This document shows positions 57,432 to 64,000 of a DNA stretch of 64,000 nt, piece after piece. Numbering within the stretch: the stretch's first letter is position 1; every line of letters starts with the position of its first letter. The stretch comes from Amoebidium appalachense. Taxonomy: Eukaryota > Protista > Ichthyosporea. The position numbers and the translations under genes were made by a program. The stretch is from contig CAVNZM010000009.1 of NCBI GenBank assembly GCA_963693365.1, positions 700,963 to 764,962 of the forward strand, given 5' to 3'. The notes under the pieces are model-generated. The model was not told the origin of the DNA. It was given only the letters and a program-made list of their open reading frames with translations, and searched no databases.

Positions 57432-58144
57432 CGGCGCGTGTGCTTGTGTGTGTGTTTTTGTGCGTGACTCTATCTCTGTGGGCTTGTGTTTGTGTGTGTG
57501 TGTGTGTGTTTGTTTATGTGTGTTTGTGTGTGTGTCTGCATATTTTTGTATATTATATTTTTTTTTTTTAACGCTGTAATATGTGCGTGTGTGTGTTGTG
57601 CGTGTTAGTGGAAGCAGCGCTTGTGTATGCATGGGTGTGCCGGGGTGCATTTGCACTCACGGCCTGTAAGCCCTTGTAGAGAAGGCCTCTGCAGTTGAAG
57701 TTCAGGTTGGTGCTCTTGTAAAAGCTGCTATCTGTTTGCCTAGTGGGAGTAAAACCCTTTTTGGTGTGGTTCATGCCATCACTACGCTGTGTCCCTTATG
57801 TGCCCCAGCTGTGTGCGGCCTTCATGCCTTGATTGGTATCTAAACCCTGCATGGGATCTGGTGAGCTGTTATCTTGCATGCCCACCATGTGTGAGGGGAA
57901 GATTGCTCCTTCCTCTTTTCAAGCGCGAAAGGGTGAAGTGAGGAGCGGAAGGGAGGCGTGGAGAAGGGAGGGGGGGGGGGGGGGGGGGGGAGGGAAAGAG
58001 AGAAGTCGCGCTGGGGGAGGGGGATGGGGGGGGATGGAGGGTTTTGGGGGGGGGGGGGGGGGGGGAGGGGGGGAGGCTCACATATGTTTTGCCAAACTCA
58101 GGGTCTTCAGGAACGTAAAGGAGGGAGGATAGTGTGATGTCGAC

Positions 58145-59273
58145 ATGGACCAAGCTGTAAGTGTTTGAACAGTCGCAGCGCTATTCATGACCCAGTATGA
58201 ACATGCAGGAGTGTTGTGCGTGCACTTTTAGCGATCCGTCATGTTTCTCCGACTTAAAACAGTGGGAGTGGTATAGCAGGATGTACATAGGCAGTGGAGC
58301 CGGAGAGAAGAGCCTCCGGGTTTACCAAAAACTCACTTGCTCACAAGTGTACTCCTATGTACCCCCCCCCCCCCCCTCCCCCCCCACTCCCCCCCCCCCC
58401 CTCCCTCCTCCAACCTCTACCCCTCCCCCATCCCCCCGAGCAGCTGCTGCCACCTTACTCCCTAGGACCAAAAGAATAAAAGATAGAAAGGGAGGATGGG
58501 TGTGTTCGGGCCGGTGGAAGGGGAGTTCAGGGGTGCTGGTGTTGGTTTAGTGACAGCGCCACTCAGCTGGATTGCTTTGCTCTGCTGAACCTACTACCCC
58601 AGCCTTTAATTTGCAATGCATGGAATAGAAAAACGAGAAGGTTGGGCCGTCAGTTTATTGCATCCCTTCCAAATCGGGTAGGGTTATTCCTTTTTTCTCA
58701 TAGGCTACTCTATGTTTGCACCCTTTCACTGACACCCAATCATATTGCAGGATGCAGCACGCGGCCAATCAGACCGTCAGACTGGGCTCAAGGGAAGGGG
58801 CAGGGGGCTGGCCTTTGGAATGACCCCCCTGAAAAAGGCAAAGATCGAGGGGGATCCAGATGATGGTGCGTGATTCACCCTCATAAACCCCCGAAGGTTT
58901 ATTTCCACACTCATTGCCTAGCTACTGCACACCACACAACAATAGATCCCATTACCCCCCCCCCCCCCCCCCCCCCTTCCCGTCTACCCCGCCCTCAAAC
59001 ACCTACGTATGAATGAAATTGAGTTGGGGTCCCCCCCCCCCTCCCCCCCCCCCCCCCCCTTGGTACGAGACATCTCGTGTGCTAGGGGGTTCTGCACCGT
59101 GATTTTCATTATCAAATTCTTCTATACTCAGTGCTGATAAGTCACTCGCTCCCACACTCGCAAGCGTGCTCAACATACATATACACACACACATACACAC
59201 AGAACACACCACATACACACAGAACACACCACATACACACGCGCGCGCACACACACGCACATGCACACGCACG

Positions 59274-59304
<31 letters not shown>

Positions 59305-59317
59305 GCACACACAAACT

Positions 59318-59359
<42 letters not shown>

Positions 59360-59363
59360 ACGC

Positions 59364-59419
<56 letters not shown>

Positions 59420-59857
59420 GGCAGTATCGAGTCACTTCTGCAGCAACGGGCACAGCTGAGAGCAAAAGTGGAGGGGGAGAGGGAGCCCCTGAGAAAACTG
59501 AATCTGCTAAAGACATACCACACCACTGTACGTGCTTATAGCAACCCCCTCCCCCCCTCCTCCCCCCCCCCCCAAACACACACACACCCTCCCCCCCCTC
59601 CCCCCTCCCCACCGCCACACCCTCTCACACACGCTTGCACACAAACTTGCTCTTCCCTCTTTGTCTGTCTGTGTCTGTCTTTCTTCCCCTCCTTCCCCCC
59701 TCGCCGTCCATCATCACTTGCTCTCTCTCTCTTTCCCCTCCGCTTCTTATCTCTTTCGCTCTTCCCCTCCGTCCTCACTCCCCTCGCCTCTCTCTCCCGG
59801 GGGATTCCCCTCGTGCGCGTGCGCGCAAGCACACACACACACACACGCACACACACA

Positions 59858-59919
<62 letters not shown>

Positions 59920-60037
59920 GTCATTTCCTCCCATTCCCCCTCTCTCTCTCGTTCTCCACTCCCTCCCCCCCCTCTGTCTCCTCACTTTCTGTTTTCCCCG
60001 ATCGTCCCCCCCCCCCCCCCCCTTCCCCCCTCCTTCC

Positions 60038-60069
<32 letters not shown>

Positions 60070-60277
60070 AAAAAAAAAATCATTTTATATTGCCTCGCTC
60101 CTGTCGCTCATTCTCCTACCATCCTTAGGCATACCCACGATCCCCACATACATACCAGCAAAAGCCAGTGTGGGAAACTGGAAAACCCACAAACCATTTG
60201 TGTGTGCGACAGTACCTGGTTGAATGGGAGGATGTGGGTGGTTGGCTTTGAATGGGGCGTCGCCCCGGAGGTGGGAT

Positions 60278-60313
<36 letters not shown>

Positions 60314-61757
60314 AATTCCAAGTGGAGGCAGGCTACAGCTGTAGCGGTCGGGAGGGGGCGAGTTGTTGTGGTGTTGTTTTCCCTCTCAACCTGTGTTGTT
60401 CCCCCCCCCCCCTCCCCCCCCCCCCCCCCTCCCCCCCCCCCCCCCCCTTCCCCCTCCCCCACCCTCCTTCCCTGAACACACACACACACCCTCCCTCCCC
60501 CTCTCCCGGCGCCCCTTGGTCTCTCTCCATTTCCCCTTGCTCTCCTCCTACCCCCCCCCCCCCCCCCCCCCCCCCCGCCCTCTTCGCCCATTACACGCAC
60601 ACACATTGAAGTACCCACTCACCGAGATCCACGGTATACCGATTATCCACCTATATACGGGAACACATTCCGATTAACCACCTATATGATTATGCTGATT
60701 ACCCATATATGGACAGGGGGAGATGCAGCGATTGGAGGATCTAATATCAAAATGGCGTACGGCCAGCCAGGAGGCAGTGCTGGCACTGCAGGCCGCCAGC
60801 CAATCAGATTGCTCGGTGACACAACTGCTGACGGTAGGTGCACGTGCATGCACACGTGCATGCACGTGCACACGTTCATACACACACACACATGCATGCA
60901 TATAGACGTGTACACACACATACACATGCATGCATGTAGACACGTGTACACACACATACACATGCATGCATATAGACACGTGTACACACACATACACATG
61001 CATGCATATAGACACGTGTACACACACATACACATGCATGCATATAGACACGTGTACACACATACACATGCATGCATATAGACACGTGTACACACACATA
61101 CACATGCATGCATATAGACAGGTGTACACACATACACATGCATGCATATAGACACGTGTACACATGCATACACATGCATGCATATAGACACGTGTACACA
61201 CACATACACATGCATGCATATAGACACGTGTACACACACATACACATGCATGCACTTGCACAGCGAGTGTGTATAATCATGCATGATAGCAGATGTATGT
61301 GCACGTTTGGCTGTGTACACAGACACCGACATCACCTCAACACACATTGACATTCCACTTCCTGCACACACAACACACTGCATGAAGATGTGCACACATG
61401 CGTTCGAGTCAGTTCAGCTCCACGCCTGCACACACACACGTGTAGCATTTCTAAAGAACGAGCATGCATGTTCACACACACACACACATGCAACACACGT
61501 CTGTATGTGCACATGGTCATGCACAGACACTGTCCAATCCACGTACACACATGCACACCTGTCTCTCAAACTCACATGGGGACAGACACACATGCATATG
61601 CGCACGTGCGAACCCGGCGCGAGCACATGTCCGCCCATGCATGATTTCATGTAGGTGCATATGCAGGACGTGCACATTGTGTGTGGGTGTGTGGGCGAGC
61701 TGAGTTTGTGGGATTAGGGGGCAAAAAAAAATGTTTTTCTTTTTTTCTTTTTTTTTT

Positions 61758-61814
<57 letters not shown>

Positions 61815-62172
61815 GGCAGGGAAGAAGGGGGTCGGTAGAAGACATGTGGACAGCGCTGATGGTGTTTCGTTCTTACGCGTACCTGTGCAGATGGGTGGGC
61901 GTGTGCGTGTACGTCTCTCGCTCGCACGTGTGTCTTTCTGTTACTCTTTCTCTCTCACTCTGTCTGCATCCCTCCCTCCCCCCCTCCCCCCTTCCCCCCC
62001 CTCCCCCCTCCCCCCCCCCCCCCCCCCTCTCTCCCCCCCCCCCCTCTCTCTCCCCCCCCCCCCCCCCCCCCCTCCCCGTCCCCACCTTCCTGTCTGTGTT
62101 GGTGGGTGTATTTCGGTGGTGGTTTTTTTTTTTTCTTTTTTTTTTGCCCCAGGGGGCATGGAAGGTGTGTGT

Positions 62173-62203
<31 letters not shown>

Positions 62204-62370
62204 GGGGGGGGGGGGAGGGGGGGGGAGAGAGAGATGGGGGGAGAGAGGGTGGATGGAGGGGAAGGAATTTCATAGTGATGCGTAAGAACCTAAATTGCAT
62301 GATATTGCAGCTGCTACAGATCGAACCCAGCCTACTGCGATACAACATCGAGGATGAATGCTTCGAATGA
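58145..62370 (+). CDS. SFR1: Swi5-dependent recombination repair protein Sfr1/Mei5 homolog, 5 coding exons, ~137 aa
   Basis: Exons 58145-58156, 58751-58865, 59418-59527, 60717-60833 and 62311-62370 splice in frame, with an in-frame stop upstream of the ATG. Motifs [29 protein letters not shown] and C-terminal [22 protein letters not shown] match the Sfr1/Mei5 C-terminal domain. Confidence 0.85.
60885..61255. repeat. 34-36-bp minisatellite, about 10 copies, in SFR1 intron 4
   Basis: Unit CACATGCATGCATATAGACACGTGTACACACACATA repeated head-to-tail, without unique spacers. Confidence 0.93.
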
Positions 62371-63030
62371 GGTCGAGGGAGACGCCACCCAGTGCCATAG
62401 TGTATAACTGAGTGTCACGTTGGCCAATGACATTGTGTGTTTGTTAGCCTTATATGGTATGTAGTGTGCATTAAACCAAGAAAAGACCACACGGAATTTA
62501 TAACTTTGGAATGGCTCGCTGATTATGAATGTCTGTATTTGAGTTAGCACCAAAAATAGCTATCGGAACTAGAAAAAACTTATAGCAACACCTACAGCTG
62601 TATCCAACTACTAGTAGCATAGACCAATAGAGCGAACTTCTGAACGAATGGAACAACCCTTCCTGCCCCCTTCCCCTCCCTCCTCACCTATCTCGCCCCC
62701 TCTTCCACAAGAGCTTTCATCTTTCCCATACCGTAGTTGTATTATGACATCCGAAAATATCAGATATTGCAGCAATAAAGAAGAAAGCAGAAACGCTTAT
62801 GTTTCATAAGCACCTCGTGTGTGTATCGGTAGCGACACGACACGTTCCAGAGGGATGTCTGAGCAACTTGTTATGTGCACGTCCAGGATTTTAGGAGTCA
62901 TTGTGCCCGTACGTAGTGCATGCGGGAAGGGGGGGGGGGGGGGGGGGGGGGAGGGGGGGGAGGGGGGGGCCGGGGGGGGGGGTTTAGTCAAGTCATGTCT
63001 GCAGGCATCACGAAACGTACGTACCAACCT

Positions 63031-63276
63031 CCGTATCTACCATTTTAGACAAAATCAAGGATGATCCGATCGAGGATTTCGGATGGCCCTGTTGCGGCTC
63101 TTGAAATCTCGAATCAATCAAGCGATCGAGGGCATGACGTCCTTCTGACGTTTTTGTAAACAAATGACGTCACATCCTCGATTACTTATATGTTCGAGAA
63201 TTTCAATAACCGCGCAGGGCCATCAGAAATCCTCGATCGGATCATCCTCGATCGGGGTTTAAAATGGTAGATACGG
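63031..63276. mobile_element. foldback MITE (~246 bp, ~100-bp imperfect inverted arms)
   Basis: Perfect 17-bp termini CCGTATCTACCATTTTA / TAAAATGGTAGATACGG. Internal arms AGGATGATCCGATCGAGGATTTC.GATGGCCCTG pair with their reverse complement. The TSD is ambiguous (CCT near both flanks). Confidence 0.82.
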
Positions 63277-63699
63277 GCCTTGCTTTAAGGTTTGTACAAA
63301 CATAGTTGGTTTTTCTTAATTGTTTATATACACTGTGCATAGGGTACATAAATTTACATCGCCGTGCCCGTGTATGTCCCGTCTTGTGCACGTATTGTCT
63401 GTATTTATATTTACAAGTATTATTGCTTTATCGAGTGTTCATCGAAATATTCACAACAGATAAAATTTATGTTCGTGTGTATATGAGCAACCAATCACAC
63501 CCTATGTGTATATGAGACACCACTGCCAAACCTACACAGAAAACACCGCATCCCATGATATTAAATTTTAAATAACCAATACAGTAGCCTCGCACTAATC
63601 CCCATGGTACCGGTGCGTACACGGGTATACATGCCCATGTGCGCAGGCACTTATCACGTGCAAAATACATGTCCCATTCTGTCCGAACACATATACCAC

Positions 63700-64000
63700 T
63701 CAGGAAAACCAGAAAGAACCCCACCCAGGCGTCATTTTACGCTCCAAAATCCCCAAAAGGCTCCCCCGCGCCCCCAGTCTCCCGTATTCCTCGGCAAACC
63801 GTACCATCTCCCCAACGGTCGGTTGTGTTTTTTTGATCATTTCTGCAATTTTCGTTAATTCACGGCCCAGATTTTCGTTTCCAAAAGTGGAATAGAACAA
63901 ATCACGACCTGTGACCGATGCAACCATCATCTGCTGAACGAATTTCAGGTGGGGATCTCCACCAAAAACCCCACACCCCCAATTTCCCGTGGAAATCAAC
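63700..64000 (-). CDS. PARG: poly(ADP-ribose) glycohydrolase, C-terminal end (gene continues beyond the window)
   Basis: ISTGNWGCGVFGGDPHLKFVQQMMVAS...R...YSTFG...TVG is the PARG catalytic-domain C-terminal signature. Confidence 0.9.
   Translation of the reverse strand, partial: LISTGNWGCGVFGGDPHLKFVQQMMVASVTGRDLFYSTFGNENLGRELTKIAEMIKKTQPTVGEMVRFAEEYGRLGARGSLLGILERKMTPGWGSFWFS

Noticed and set aside
60885-61255. 36-bp repeat array as a CRISPR candidate
   Set aside because: No unique spacers; it is a minisatellite derived from CA/TG-rich sequence.

Overview
Eukaryotic nuclear DNA, probably a unicellular opisthokont/holozoan-type genome (inference only). Introns are packed with (CA)n/(GT)n, (GTGC)n and long poly-C/poly-G tracts, so most of the ORF track is repeat-derived noise. 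Spliced genes reconstructed by hand: a 9-exon SDR (+), a 4-exon GT64/EXTL2-like glycosyltransferase (-), a 3-exon aquaporin with a 1-nt frameshift before the second NPA (-), an AGFG-type ArfGAP (+) and a 5-exon SFR1/Mei5 (+). Intronless genes: a C2H2 transcription factor, a PB1-ZZ-UBA p62-like receptor and an SLC45/sucrose-type transporter. The 3' end of a PARG gene is at the right edge. Mobile DNA: a LINE-type RT element inserted in an ArfGAP exon with a 9-bp TSD and an unusual segment after its poly(A); a PIF/Harbinger-type non-autonomous element; an internally deleted Tc1/mariner-pogo-type element; and a foldback MITE. The most novel-looking item is a ~310-360 bp dispersed repeat (5 copies) that always ends at a poly-C tract, is variably 5'-truncated and keeps a covarying multi-helix fold. 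It is a candidate poly-C-targeting structured SINE or intronic ncRNA.
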